Part shown: positions 18,998 through 29,093 of the stretch, one piece after another
Position numbering within the stretch: position 1 is the first letter of the stretch
How the letters are laid out: every line of letters begins with the position of its first letter
Made by a program: the position numbers and the translations under genes
Source of the DNA: Escherichia phage P483
Sequence record: NC_028822.1
Length of the DNA stretch: 40,829 nt
Direction: 5' to 3' (one strand)
Notes under the pieces: generated by a model
The model's database searches: none
What the model was told of the DNA's origin: nothing
What the model saw: only the letters and a program-made list of their open reading frames with translations

Positions 18998-19884
18998 AGG
19001 TAAATCTCCTTGTCGATAAAGTTGTACTCTTCGAAACGAAGGATGCGAGCCATCTGGCCTTGCTTAATTATTTCCTCTTCGGTCATCCCAGCTTTGGCAC
19101 CAAGGGTCACAATCGCTTCCCACAAGGTTCGGTCTCCCATGTCAACCTTCTTCCATTCGAGGACTGTCTGACCCTTACGGGCACCAGACTTAAAGGTTTT
19201 CTCAACCTGTTCAAAGGCATATGGGTTCTCCAGCCACTCAGCGGTAGTCTCACCCCAGCCCGGAATGCCACTATAGCCATCTGTCAAGTCACCTTTAATG
19301 GTCTGATAGATGTGCCAGTAGTCAGCAGTAGTCTGGTCTTGAGTCAAGATGTTACCAGTTGTGCACCACAAGAAGTCACAATCAGGGATGGTCTTAAAGT
19401 CCTTATCACAGGAGATCAACACAGCCTTCTTGAAACCAAAATGTTTAGCACCAGACCCAATGATTCCCATTACGTCATCACCCTCAAGTCGGTCCTCAAG
19501 GATAGACGTCCAGTCCTCACAGGCTTGAACACGCTCGACGAACGCACGGTAGCCTACAGGCTTACGGGATGCCTTACGGTTCTCCTTGTAGGTTGGGTCC
19601 ACCAGTTCCTTACGCCAGTTCACAGAGTCAGTAAAGGCCAACACGATAGGTGCATCACACCAAGCCTTCTTACGACCAGCGTAGGACTTAATGGAGTCTA
19701 CCAGAATATTCCACGCTTTCCCGTGGTCACACTCTAAGGTCCATGTGTCATCTCCCCAATCGGTCTCGACCTCACTTGCTGCCATCGCTTGGAATACCAG
19801 CCAGTCACCATCCATTACGAGAACACCCTTATCGGATTTACCTTGGCGAATCTCATAGAACTCCTTCAGTGTAATGGCGCTCAT
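18970..19884 (-). CDS. 6: 5'-3' exonuclease (T7 gp6-like)
   Basis: Start at internal ATG 19884 (MSAITLKEFYEIRQG..., SD GGGAGGT); strong similarity to T7 gp6 as recalled (DGDWLVFQAM, FLWCTTGNILTQ, IIKQGQMARILRF). Confidence 0.9.
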   Translation of the reverse strand: MSAITLKEFYEIRQGKSDKGVLVMDGDWLVFQAMAASEVETDWGDDTWTLECDHGKAWNILVDSIKSYAGRKKAWCDAPIVLAFTDSVNWRKELVDPTYKENRKASRKPVGYRAFVERVQACEDWTSILEDRLEGDDVMGIIGSGAKHFGFKKAVLISCDKDFKTIPDCDFLWCTTGNILTQDQTTADYWHIYQTIKGDLTDGYSGIPGWGETTAEWLENPYAFEQVEKTFKSGARKGQTVLEWKKVDMGDRTLWEAIVTLGAKAGMTEEEIIKQGQMARILRFEEYNFIDKEIYLWSPEQLRS

Positions 19885-20090
19885 ACGCAACCTCCCATCT
19901 TCTTCAGGAAACGGACACCAGCGCCTGTTACTTCCCAAGCGCCAGCATTACGCCCATCAACCGATAGGCAAGAGATATGGCCACGACTCGCAGCCTCAGC
20001 CACCAGTGACGCATTGTTGCGCACATAGTTCGACTGAAAGGTCTTAGGGCAGCTTTTAATAGCCGCCAGTACACGTAGATAATCACCCAT
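19881..20090 (-). CDS. 5.7: Hypothetical protein (T7 gp5.7-like)
   Basis: 69 aa; AAIKSCPKTFQSNYVRNNASLVAEAASRGHISCL matches T7 gp5.7 as recalled. Confidence 0.85.
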   Translation of the reverse strand: MGDYLRVLAAIKSCPKTFQSNYVRNNASLVAEAASRGHISCLSVDGRNAGAWEVTGAGVRFLKKMGGCV

Positions 20091-20383
20091 TACTTCACCT
20101 CACGAATAGTTGCAGGTGCAAACTTAATGCCCTCTCCGTGGTGCTCAATGCCCATCTCACGGATTTCATTACGAATGCCCTGCTTAACAGCAAAGGCAAC
20201 AACACCATCGGCACCATGAGTAAGAGCCTGTACGAGTAACTCTTTGTCCTGCGCACTTACGGACTCACCATCACGAACGCTGCGAGCCAAATCCAAGATG
20301 CGTTCCTTAATCATATCTTCAGTCTCAGAGTCAACCTTTACGGTCATTTCGAATGATACTTTAAAACGTTTAGTAATAGCCAT
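20090..20383 (-). CDS. 5.5: Probable host H-NS-binding protein (T7 gene 5.5 position)
   Basis: Start at internal ATG 20383 with SD AAGGAGA; MAITKRFKVSFEM...; 97 aa. Confidence 0.7.
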   Translation of the reverse strand: MAITKRFKVSFEMTVKVDSETEDMIKERILDLARSVRDGESVSAQDKELLVQALTHGADGVVAFAVKQGIRNEIREMGIEHHGEGIKFAPATIREVK

Positions 20384-20396
20384 GATACATTTCTCC

Positions 20397-20624
20397 TTAA
20401 AGATAGTGATTCTTGACAACCTGTTTTACTTCAGGTTCATCAGTTGATTTAGACTCGTTGACGAACTCAAGTGCCTCACTGTAATAAGTGAATGACACCT
20501 TACGTTCTTCCGGGTAGTCCTTAAAGTGGCACCAGAACGGGAACCACTCATGACGGAACTGCGGGTAATATAAAGTCTCACCTGTAGTCATTCGGACTTC
20601 TCGAATCCTGTATCGCCATGCCAT
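20397..20624 (-). CDS. Hypothetical protein (T7 gene 5.3 position)
   Basis: 75 aa ORF with SD GGAGG, between DNA polymerase and 5.5. Confidence 0.6.
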   Translation of the reverse strand: MAWRYRIREVRMTTGETLYYPQFRHEWFPFWCHFKDYPEERKVSFTYYSEALEFVNESKSTDEPEVKQVVKNHYL

Positions 20625-20637
20625 AAGTGGCCTCCTA

Positions 20638-22752
20638 TTAGTGACAATCTTTCCAGTTTGCGCCAGTCTTACCTTCGGTATCTAACTGACATCTAAAGTT
20701 AAAGTGGTCTCCCACATTACGCATTGCTTGCTGTGCCAACTCGACAATCTTATCGGCAATCTCTTGAGTACGTGCAGCTACCTGAATTTCATCATGAACC
20801 CAAGCCATATAAGCAAAGTCACCATCCCAGCCATGCTTAAGGCCAGCTTCCAGTAACAGACGTTCAGTCTCAACAATCCACAGTTTACAAATCAGAGCAC
20901 CAGCAGACTGCAACAAGGTGTTCAACGCAGCGTGAGGACTACGGACGTGTACTTTACGACCGTCCAAGCCTCGAACCCAACGACGTTTCCAAGTTACTTT
21001 CTGTTCACCGCCAACCCACTTGGAGTCCTTGACGAGTGTCCCTGTGATTGCTTCACGTAACGCAGCGATAGCCGGAGTTTGCTCAAGGAAGTTCTTGATG
21101 AGTCGCTTACCATCTTCGGCAGTACCACCAACAATCTGTCCAATCTTCGCAGCACCAGCACCATAGAGGAACCCATAGATAAACGTCTTAGCGTTATCAC
21201 GAGTAGGCAGACCAGCAGCCAATTGGTTCTTAGTATGGATGTCACCAGTGAGGATAGTCTCAACGTACTCACCCTCATCATAACGATACATGAAGTGGCC
21301 CAAGCAACGTAGCTCAAGGCCGGACGCATCCACACCAACTTGAATCCAAGGGTCTGGCTTACCGTCTTTCAGGTTGTGCTCAGCACCGAAAGCAGCACGG
21401 CAAGGTTCACCATATGCAGCACGGATTGAAGGCACCTGTGCCACGTTAGGGAAGCTATGAGTTGCACGACCAGTTACCGCACCGTTCGGGTTAACGCTTC
21501 CGTGAATACGACCATCGTCTCCAATCATTCGGAGCCAGCCGTTATCACCTTCAGCAACCTGACCGATACGCTTCTGAATCATAAGGTATTCTTTAATCAA
21601 CTCAATGCAACGCTGTGCATCCGGGTCGTCTACCTTAACGTGCTCTAAGACCTCATCGTCTACCTTTGGTGCACCACTAGGAGTGAACTCAACGGGCACC
21701 CAGCCAGCTTTGGTAAGCACACGGGTGATGTGGTCACGGCTAGCAGGGTTAAACACAACGTGCTCTACAGGCGTATATGGTGCGCCCTCCACATAATCAC
21801 GAGTGTCCAGTTCACAAGGTTCCAGGCCTTCGCGTTGCTTCTTGTTCTTCGGCTTCTTAAAGATGCCACCCTGTTTCGGATACTTCACACGAGGGTACTT
21901 AGTGAGAGGCTTACCAGTTCTCGGATGACGGAATGCTTCAACGCCACCCTTGGCCTGATACCATGATCCGAAAGTGTTGGTCAGTTCGACCAGCAGTTCA
22001 CCACGGCGACCAGACAGTTCAGCGTAGAGGTTCTCTAAGGACTTGATGTCAATAGGAAAACCGTTACGTTCCATCTTAGCTAACAACCATGCAGCATCAT
22101 GTTCCAGTTTGACAGCCTCAATGCTACCATTCCAGAAACGGTCTGCTTCTGTGCTTCCAGCGGGTGTCTCGTTAGGGAAATAGAAAGTGTTACTACACAG
22201 TTTCTCAAAGAGTGCCTTGGTGACTACAACGTCTTGAACGTTATATTCCATCATGTCTTCGTTGAAGAACATCCACTCCATCCCGTCTTCGTATTCATCA
22301 CCAGACTCTTCCAGTGACTTCTTAAAGTCGTCCTTGTACTCACCCTTCATTTCGCCTAAGCGGTAGCCCCATGCTTCCAGAGCGTGAGACCCAAAGCGAC
22401 TACCCGGTAGCTTGCCAGCACGGAGCAGACCAGCATCGGTGTCTTTGATGTTAGAGTAAATCAGTCGGGACATCACTAAGGTGTCCAATACGTTCTCTTT
22501 CGGGAACTTAACGTCACGATTCAGAATCAGCTTTGCCAGCTTCTCAATAACCGGAATGTCATACTTGTGCCCGTTGTGAAACACAATGAGACCACCGCGA
22601 GCAACCTCAGCTTCGAGTGCATCAATGTATGCCCCAAAGTCATCAGGTCGATAACGGATGTACTGGTCAGTTGTGTAGTCGTAAGTCACCGCACAGTGAA
22701 ATTGACTAACGTTGTGCAGCAACCCGTTTGTTTCGATGTCGGATAGTAACAT
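20638..22752 (-). CDS. 5: DNA polymerase (T7 gp5-like, family A)
   Basis: 704 aa, identical in length to T7 gp5; 3'-5' exonuclease and polymerase regions recognisable. Confidence 0.95.
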   Translation of the reverse strand: MLLSDIETNGLLHNVSQFHCAVTYDYTTDQYIRYRPDDFGAYIDALEAEVARGGLIVFHNGHKYDIPVIEKLAKLILNRDVKFPKENVLDTLVMSRLIYSNIKDTDAGLLRAGKLPGSRFGSHALEAWGYRLGEMKGEYKDDFKKSLEESGDEYEDGMEWMFFNEDMMEYNVQDVVVTKALFEKLCSNTFYFPNETPAGSTEADRFWNGSIEAVKLEHDAAWLLAKMERNGFPIDIKSLENLYAELSGRRGELLVELTNTFGSWYQAKGGVEAFRHPRTGKPLTKYPRVKYPKQGGIFKKPKNKKQREGLEPCELDTRDYVEGAPYTPVEHVVFNPASRDHITRVLTKAGWVPVEFTPSGAPKVDDEVLEHVKVDDPDAQRCIELIKEYLMIQKRIGQVAEGDNGWLRMIGDDGRIHGSVNPNGAVTGRATHSFPNVAQVPSIRAAYGEPCRAAFGAEHNLKDGKPDPWIQVGVDASGLELRCLGHFMYRYDEGEYVETILTGDIHTKNQLAAGLPTRDNAKTFIYGFLYGAGAAKIGQIVGGTAEDGKRLIKNFLEQTPAIAALREAITGTLVKDSKWVGGEQKVTWKRRWVRGLDGRKVHVRSPHAALNTLLQSAGALICKLWIVETERLLLEAGLKHGWDGDFAYMAWVHDEIQVAARTQEIADKIVELAQQAMRNVGDHFNFRCQLDTEGKTGANWKDCH

Positions 22753-22764
22753 TGTGTTTACTCC

Positions 22765-23181
22765 TTAAAATGTAGATTTGCGGTAGCCCATGAAGTTCTT
22801 CGGGTCAATCACACGCAGGTTCTTGTGGTTCATCTTGTGGTACTGAATACCAGCGACTGTACCCATTGCGTCAATACGTGTCACACGGGAACACCAAATG
22901 TCAGTCCCTTCGACCTTACGGTCATACCAAATGTTTGCGTTGCTGGTGGAGGTACAGAAGTCCCCAACCTTGATGTGGGTCATCTTGTCTGCATCGAAAG
23001 TCTGCATACCAACGCTACCACACTTGGCTACTGGTTTGACCCATTTACCGTACTTGCGGGTCCACCCTAAGTTCTTCAGGATGTGGACAGCGGAGTCACG
23101 AGCACATTCATGCTCTTTAACGTCTGCCAGTTCTGCTTCCAGTTTAGCGATTTCAGCTTCGATTACGGTACGATTACGCAT
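22765..23181 (-). CDS. Hypothetical protein (T7 gene 4.7 position)
   Basis: 138 aa (T7 gp4.7 is 135 aa); ATG 14 nt after the phi4.7 start site. Confidence 0.7.
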   Translation of the reverse strand: MRNRTVIEAEIAKLEAELADVKEHECARDSAVHILKNLGWTRKYGKWVKPVAKCGSVGMQTFDADKMTHIKVGDFCTSTSNANIWYDRKVEGTDIWCSRVTRIDAMGTVAGIQYHKMNHKNLRVIDPKNFMGYRKSTF

Positions 23182-23189
23182 AGTATTGT

Positions 23190-23212
23190 TCTCCCATTAG
23201 TGAGTTGAATAG
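23190..23212 (-). promoter_or_regulatory. Phage RNAP promoter phi4.7 (divergent class II type)
   Basis: Minus strand reads CTATTCAACTCACTAATGGGAGA; A instead of G at -11. Confidence 0.65.
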
Positions 23213-23227
23213 ATTTCATACAAAAGT

Positions 23228-23268
23228 TAATCATGAAGGCCATCCGTTAAGATGACCTTTAGTTTAAC
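23228..23268 (-). other. Putative RNase III processing hairpin (R4.7 position)
   Basis: atcatGAAGGCCAtccgttaagaTGACCTTtAGTTtaac motif shared with five other sites. Confidence 0.45.
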
Positions 23269-23272
23269 TCTT

Positions 23273-23575
23273 TTAGATTCCAGATTTCGCAGCCAGAATC
23301 ATGCCCTCTTCGCCAGTCACTTTGGACATCAGGAGTTCACGAGTCTTGTCTTCACCTACAGCCACAGTAGCAGCTACAGCAACGGAAGCCAGCAGACGAC
23401 CTGCCTGTGTATCGTCAAGAGTCACACGCTGTGTGTGCGCCTTGGTGGACTTATGGTCCTTCCAACGGTAGACCAAAGTGACCTTGCCATTACGGACGTT
23501 AATATGTACTCGACGAGCATACTGGTCGATGGTGTCGGACAGACGGATCGTGTTGCCGGGGAATTTAATAGCCAT
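23273..23575 (-). CDS. Hypothetical protein (T7 gene 4.5 position)
   Basis: 100 aa, SD AAGGAGTGA. Confidence 0.65.
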   Translation of the reverse strand: MAIKFPGNTIRLSDTIDQYARRVHINVRNGKVTLVYRWKDHKSTKAHTQRVTLDDTQAGRLLASVAVAATVAVGEDKTRELLMSKVTGEEGMILAAKSGI

Positions 23576-23588
23576 AATGTGTCACTCC

Positions 23589-23801
23589 TTACAGAAAGAA
23601 TTTGTTGAGGTCGGTTGCTTTAGCTGCAATCTTAGCAGCAGACGTTACGCCAGCACTTGCATCTTCAGACAGCAGACGCGCCTGTTTAGCCAAGCGTTGA
23701 GCCTGTGCAGCGTCCTTACGTGCCTTGTCGTTCAGACGTTTAGCTTCACGGAAGTACATTTTAACTACCAGCTTACCAAGAGTATTGATGAATTTAAACA
23801 T
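23589..23801 (-). CDS. 4.3: Hypothetical protein (T7 gp4.3-like)
   Basis: 70 aa; MFKFINTLGKLVVKMYFREAKRLNDKARK... resembles T7 gp4.3 as recalled. Confidence 0.8.
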   Translation of the reverse strand: MFKFINTLGKLVVKMYFREAKRLNDKARKDAAQAQRLAKQARLLSEDASAGVTSAAKIAAKATDLNKFFL

Positions 23802-23845
23802 TGTGATTCTCCTTAAGCGGATTGATAAGTGGGAACAGAGTGTCT

Positions 23846-23868
23846 GTCCCCTTAGTGAGTTGTATAGA
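23846..23868 (-). promoter_or_regulatory. Phage RNAP promoter phi4.3 (divergent class II type)
   Basis: Minus strand reads TCTATACAACTCACTAAGGGGAC. Confidence 0.6.
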
Positions 23869-23872
23869 TTGC

Positions 23873-25682
<1,810 letters not shown>

Positions 25683-25732
25683 AGTGGTTACTCCTTATAC
25701 AATTTTAGCGAACAAAGGGAGAAACCTTTCGG

Positions 25733-25755
25733 TCCTCCCATAGTGAGTTCTATTA
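25733..25755 (-). promoter_or_regulatory. Phage RNAP promoter upstream of gene 4 (T7 phi3.8 position)
   Basis: Minus strand reads TAATAGAACTCACTATGGGAGGA. Confidence 0.7.
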
Positions 25756-26208
25756 ACCCCAATCGCTTGTAACCAGTTCTCCAGTCTTCAGCCAGCGGCT
25801 CAAGTTGAAGGACGGACAGGCTTTAGGTGCAACGTCATGGTGAGCTTTCACTTCAGCATCTGGATACATGTCCAGCAGGTCTGCAAGTTTCTCTTTAAGA
25901 GACTGCATCTGTGCTGGCGTAAAGTTAGCTTCGAACTTACCTTTATCGTCAATGCCACCAACGAGGCACACACCGACTGACTTACTGTTCCAGTCCTTAA
26001 CGTGAGACCCTACGACATCGACAGGGCGGCCTTCTTCGATTGTACCATCACGGCGGATAATGAAGTGGTAGCCTACATCAAGCCAGCCCTGTTCTTTATG
26101 CCACTGACGGATTTCACGCAGACCAACATTCATGGTCGCCTTAGTTGCGCTACAGTGGACAAAGATTGCTTCTGTCACAGCGCGTGGTTTGAATTGTACC
26201 TTACTCAT
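25753..26208 (-). CDS. 3.5: Lysozyme / N-acetylmuramoyl-L-alanine amidase (T7 gp3.5-like)
   Basis: 151 aa, same length as T7 lysozyme; IFVHCSATK, EIRQWHKEQGWLDVGYHFII, APKACPSF match T7 as recalled. Confidence 0.95.
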   Translation of the reverse strand: MSKVQFKPRAVTEAIFVHCSATKATMNVGLREIRQWHKEQGWLDVGYHFIIRRDGTIEEGRPVDVVGSHVKDWNSKSVGVCLVGGIDDKGKFEANFTPAQMQSLKEKLADLLDMYPDAEVKAHHDVAPKACPSFNLSRWLKTGELVTSDWG

Positions 26209-26651
26209 TTCTTCTTCACCTCTTTAAATTTATCGAATGGAACATCCTTAGAAGGCTCTTTCAGCCAATCAACTGGAATTAACTTGTCAGCAAACAGAAT
26301 GCCATGCTTCTCGCACCACTCACCGTAACTGGTCGGAGACCCTTTGTACAGCTTGGAGCGGCTTGAAGAGAACACGATGCGAACATCAAGTTCAGGATAC
26401 TGTTCACGAATCAGCAAGTGTTTCTTACGGTCCTCACTATCCCACAGACCTTTGGTTTCCACAAAGATTCCATTAGGTAACAGGAAGTCCGGGCAATATG
26501 TATGGTTGCTTGCAGGTATAACATAGGGTACTCGCCAGCGCTCATAGTCGAACTTAATGTTCTTCCCTTCGAGTTGCTTGCTTACCTTATCCTCCAAGCC
26601 AGAGCGAAAGGCACCCACACGAGTGCCTCGACCTGCATAGCCCTTAGCCAT
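26205..26651 (-). CDS. 3: Endonuclease I, Holliday junction resolvase (T7 gp3-like)
   Basis: 148 aa; VPYVIPASNHTYCPDFLLPNGIFVETKG matches T7 gp3 as recalled. Confidence 0.95.
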   Translation of the reverse strand: MAKGYAGRGTRVGAFRSGLEDKVSKQLEGKNIKFDYERWRVPYVIPASNHTYCPDFLLPNGIFVETKGLWDSEDRKKHLLIREQYPELDVRIVFSSSRSKLYKGSPTSYGEWCEKHGILFADKLIPVDWLKEPSKDVPFDKFKEVKKK

Positions 26652-27358
26652 TAGAAGTCACCGTCTTCGTCTTCATCGTCCTCTTCTTCTTCTTCTGGTT
26701 CTTCATTCCAGCCAGAGTCGTTTTGCGGCTTGCGGGTCTGTGCTTCATCAGCTTCGTACCCGTCTTCTTCGACTTCATCCGCCCAGTCATCCTCACCACC
26801 ACCGAACTCGACCAGCTTAATCAGCATCACGGAATCCAGTTGCAGCTTAACGGAAGCACCTGCCACAGCAGACCAACCATAAGGGAACAGGGTGTATTTA
26901 ATCTTCAGTTCAGAGCCACCGGAGATAGCCGGACGCTCACCACGAATGCGCTTACCTTTGGAGTCCACAATAGCCAAGTCGATTGGTTTGTTCTCACCAG
27001 TCTTCTTGTCAGTGAACGAGCCGTAGCACTTGAAGTTGAACGTAGTGGTTCCATCTTCGTTATCCATGAAAGGCATGTCGCCAACGTATGGCTTCAGTGG
27101 TTTCTTACCCTTGACAACTTTCGGCGGGTTCGCTTCGTACTCTTCGAGACGTGCAGCGTAGTCCGTTTCGTGGGCTTCGACAATCTCGTCAATCATTTTC
27201 TGACAGCGAGGGTCGTCGTTGGATACAGTCAGTGACACTTTGTAGACACCACGTTCGTTCTTGAAGTCACCGCTACCGAAGTCTGGTTTAGCCAGATAGC
27301 AGTAAGGTTCAGCAACGCCACGAGCGGAAGTGAATACTTTACGTTTATTGAAAGCCAT
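26651..27358 (-). CDS. 2.5: Single-stranded DNA-binding protein (T7 gp2.5-like)
   Basis: Start at internal ATG 27358 with SD AAGGAGA; acidic C-terminal tail ending ...EEEEEDDEDEDGDF as in T7 gp2.5. Confidence 0.9.
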   Translation of the reverse strand: MAFNKRKVFTSARGVAEPYCYLAKPDFGSGDFKNERGVYKVSLTVSNDDPRCQKMIDEIVEAHETDYAARLEEYEANPPKVVKGKKPLKPYVGDMPFMDNEDGTTTFNFKCYGSFTDKKTGENKPIDLAIVDSKGKRIRGERPAISGGSELKIKYTLFPYGWSAVAGASVKLQLDSVMLIKLVEFGGGEDDWADEVEEDGYEADEAQTRKPQNDSGWNEEPEEEEEDDEDEDGDF

Positions 27359-27407
27359 GATGTTTCTCCTTTGAGGTTTCTGAAAGTTAAAAGTGGGAAA
27401 CGATGTG

Positions 27408-27430
27408 TCTCCCAATAGTGAGTCCTATTA
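27408..27430 (-). promoter_or_regulatory. Phage RNAP promoter phi2.5
   Basis: Minus strand reads TAATAGGACTCACTATTGGGAGA. Confidence 0.85.
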
Positions 27431-27619
27431 AACCTTTCGGTCTGGACGAATGCGTGTCACTGCGAAGCCAGCCGGGACATATTGCCACTCAGCTAACTCG
27501 TTGGCCTCTTCAAGAGACACAGCAAACACAGGGACTTCGAACGATTGGCCTTGGCCTTCTACCGTTGCGAAGAACTTCTTGTCACCGTTGACCAGTGACC
27601 CTTTGTTTAAATTGCTCAT
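27428..27619 (-). CDS. 2: Inhibitor of host RNA polymerase (T7 gp2-like)
   Basis: Start at ATG 27619 (MSNLNKGSL...FEVPVFA...[10 protein letters not shown]), matching T7 gp2 as recalled; SD AAGGAGAGAGG. Confidence 0.85.
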   Translation of the reverse strand: MSNLNKGSLVNGDKKFFATVEGQGQSFEVPVFAVSLEEANELAEWQYVPAGFAVTRIRPDRKV

Positions 27620-27706
27620 TGTCCTCTCTCCTTCCACTGATTGTATAATTCGAGGTAGTCAGCGTTTCCCGTCTTTTCGAACATACGCTCACACCACTCA
27701 CTCGGT

Positions 27707-27880
27707 TTAAGAATCGTCATATTCAATCACCTCGTTACGTGAAAGATATACTTCTTCGTCATGCTTGTTCATGATCTTATAGAACTTACCGTCCCATGTT
27801 CGCTCTGCAAAGAATATGTCATGGCGTTTAACTAGTGCCATCATATCATCTTCACCCACATACTCGACCTTAATAATCAT
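27707..27880 (-). CDS. Hypothetical protein (T7 gene 1.8 position)
   Basis: ATG at 27880 overlapping the end of the upstream gene; 57 aa. Confidence 0.5.
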   Translation of the reverse strand: MIIKVEYVGEDDMMALVKRHDIFFAERTWDGKFYKIMNKHDEEVYLSRNEVIEYDDS

Positions 27881-28163
27881 AGCACTTGTCCTTATGTTTC
27901 TCGAACAGTTCACCATAGAACCCAGCTTTCGCCATGTCCTTCTCTAAGAATGCCAGTTCAGATTTCTTACCAGCACGTAGGCGATACTTAAGGATGTTCC
28001 CGTAGCAATACCCTTTGAACTGTTCACGGGTCATCGACCGGGCAATCACTTCGATAGCCTCAATGTCGTCAAACAACATATAGTGGCTCGGAGTCCGAAC
28101 GCCCTCTATATCTTGTGGTTGTTTGTGGTCTTTCTCCCACGCATCACCATCTAGCAGTCCCAT
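27870..28163 (-). CDS. Hypothetical protein (T7 gene 1.7 position)
   Basis: 97 aa, SD AAGGAGG; start overlaps the stop of the upstream gene (TAATG). Confidence 0.6.
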   Translation of the reverse strand: MGLLDGDAWEKDHKQPQDIEGVRTPSHYMLFDDIEAIEVIARSMTREQFKGYCYGNILKYRLRAGKKSELAFLEKDMAKAGFYGELFEKHKDKCYDY

Positions 28164-28426
28164 TAGAACACCTCCTTGATACGTGCAATGACCAGACGGA
28201 CTTTAGGGAAACGCGTGACGAGAACCGGGATGAAAGGCCGGGAGCCAGTGGTCGCTTCTTTATATAAGCCAGTGGTGATTACAGCGTGAACACGGGGTGC
28301 TAACTCAATGGTCGAACCAAGCACTTTAGGGATGACTGCGTGTTTCTCAGAGGCCAGAACCGTCGAGCGGTCAGCACCACGAGCCGAAAAGATACCATTA
28401 GATTTGTTGAAGTGAAGTCTTAACAT
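28163..28426 (-). CDS. Hypothetical protein (T7 gene 1.6 position)
   Basis: Start assigned to the second ATG (28426) because the phi1.6 start site falls inside the first ATG (28441) and the transcript 5' end GGAGGA provides the SD. Confidence 0.6.
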   Translation of the reverse strand: MLRLHFNKSNGIFSARGADRSTVLASEKHAVIPKVLGSTIELAPRVHAVITTGLYKEATTGSRPFIPVLVTRFPKVRLVIARIKEVF

Positions 28427-28433
28427 AGTTGTG

Positions 28434-28456
28434 TCCTCCATAGGTGAGTCGTATTA
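28434..28456 (-). promoter_or_regulatory. Phage RNAP promoter phi1.6
   Basis: Minus strand reads TAATACGACTCACCTATGGAGGA. Confidence 0.75.
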
Positions 28457-28534
28457 ACAATCAGGCCAGCAGTTGTCATCAATGATAACGAGAGCAAAGG
28501 TGGCAACAATGATAGCAACAATTAGAAATAGCAT
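28454..28534 (-). CDS. Small hydrophobic peptide (T7 gene 1.5 position)
   Basis: 26 codons, MLFLIVAIIVATFALVIIDDNCWPDC; its SD GGAGGA is the 5' end of the phi1.5 transcript. Confidence 0.45.
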   Translation of the reverse strand: MLFLIVAIIVATFALVIIDDNCWPDC

Positions 28535-28541
28535 GAGGTTG

Positions 28542-28564
28542 TTCCTCCATAGTGAGTCGTATAG
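28542..28564 (-). promoter_or_regulatory. Phage RNAP promoter phi1.5
   Basis: Minus strand reads CTATACGACTCACTATGGAGGAA. Confidence 0.75.
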
Positions 28565-28598
28565 AAACGCAAAAAGGCCAGCCCACGAAGGACTGACC
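28565..28598 (-). terminator. TE-like intrinsic terminator for host RNAP at the end of the early operon
   Basis: Minus-strand RNA GGUCAGUCC-UUCGU-GGGCUGGCC (9-bp stem, two G-U) followed by UUUUUGCGUUU. Confidence 0.7.
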
Positions 28599-28604
28599 GT
28601 TTGT

Positions 28605-29093
28605 TTATGATAGTGCTTCATCACGGGCGGCTATCGCCTCGTCAAGCGTTTTGTGGTAGGAAACATGCCTAGCACCATTCCTCCTGATACAGACAGTATA
28701 TAGTTCCCTGTCATTCCTCTTAGAGATGTGCTTCAATCCCAGCTTGTTGGTCGTGAATGTACCTTTGTTCTGGTTGTTAACAGCACAAGTAACCACCCTA
28801 AGATTCTCTATGAGGTTGTTACCTTTGTTTCGGTCTATGTGGTCAACTTGTAGTCCTTCAGGTATTGCACCATTTATTAGTTCCCAAATTACCCGATGGA
28901 CTCGTAGGTGATGTGCCACTCCGTTGACCCTCACACATAATACCCAATAGCCAGCCTTATTCAAGTATCCTACTGGCTTACCGTTGGGCTTGGAGAGGCC
29001 ACTAGGAGCCTCCCTGTTTACTTTAAATCTTTTCTTTAGGATTGTCCTCAGTTCCTCGGAAGCAGGAGAATGAGGGATGCCGCAATGACCCAT
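28605..29093 (-). CDS. HNH homing endonuclease with AP2-like DNA-binding domain
   Basis: 162 aa; HNH motif region VDHIDRNKGNNLIENLRVVTCAVNNQNKG and AP2-like YTVCIRRNGARHVSYHKTLDEAIAARDEA; start overlaps the last 70 nt of ligase. Confidence 0.75.
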   Translation of the reverse strand: MGHCGIPHSPASEELRTILKKRFKVNREAPSGLSKPNGKPVGYLNKAGYWVLCVRVNGVAHHLRVHRVIWELINGAIPEGLQVDHIDRNKGNNLIENLRVVTCAVNNQNKGTFTTNKLGLKHISKRNDRELYTVCIRRNGARHVSYHKTLDEAIAARDEALS

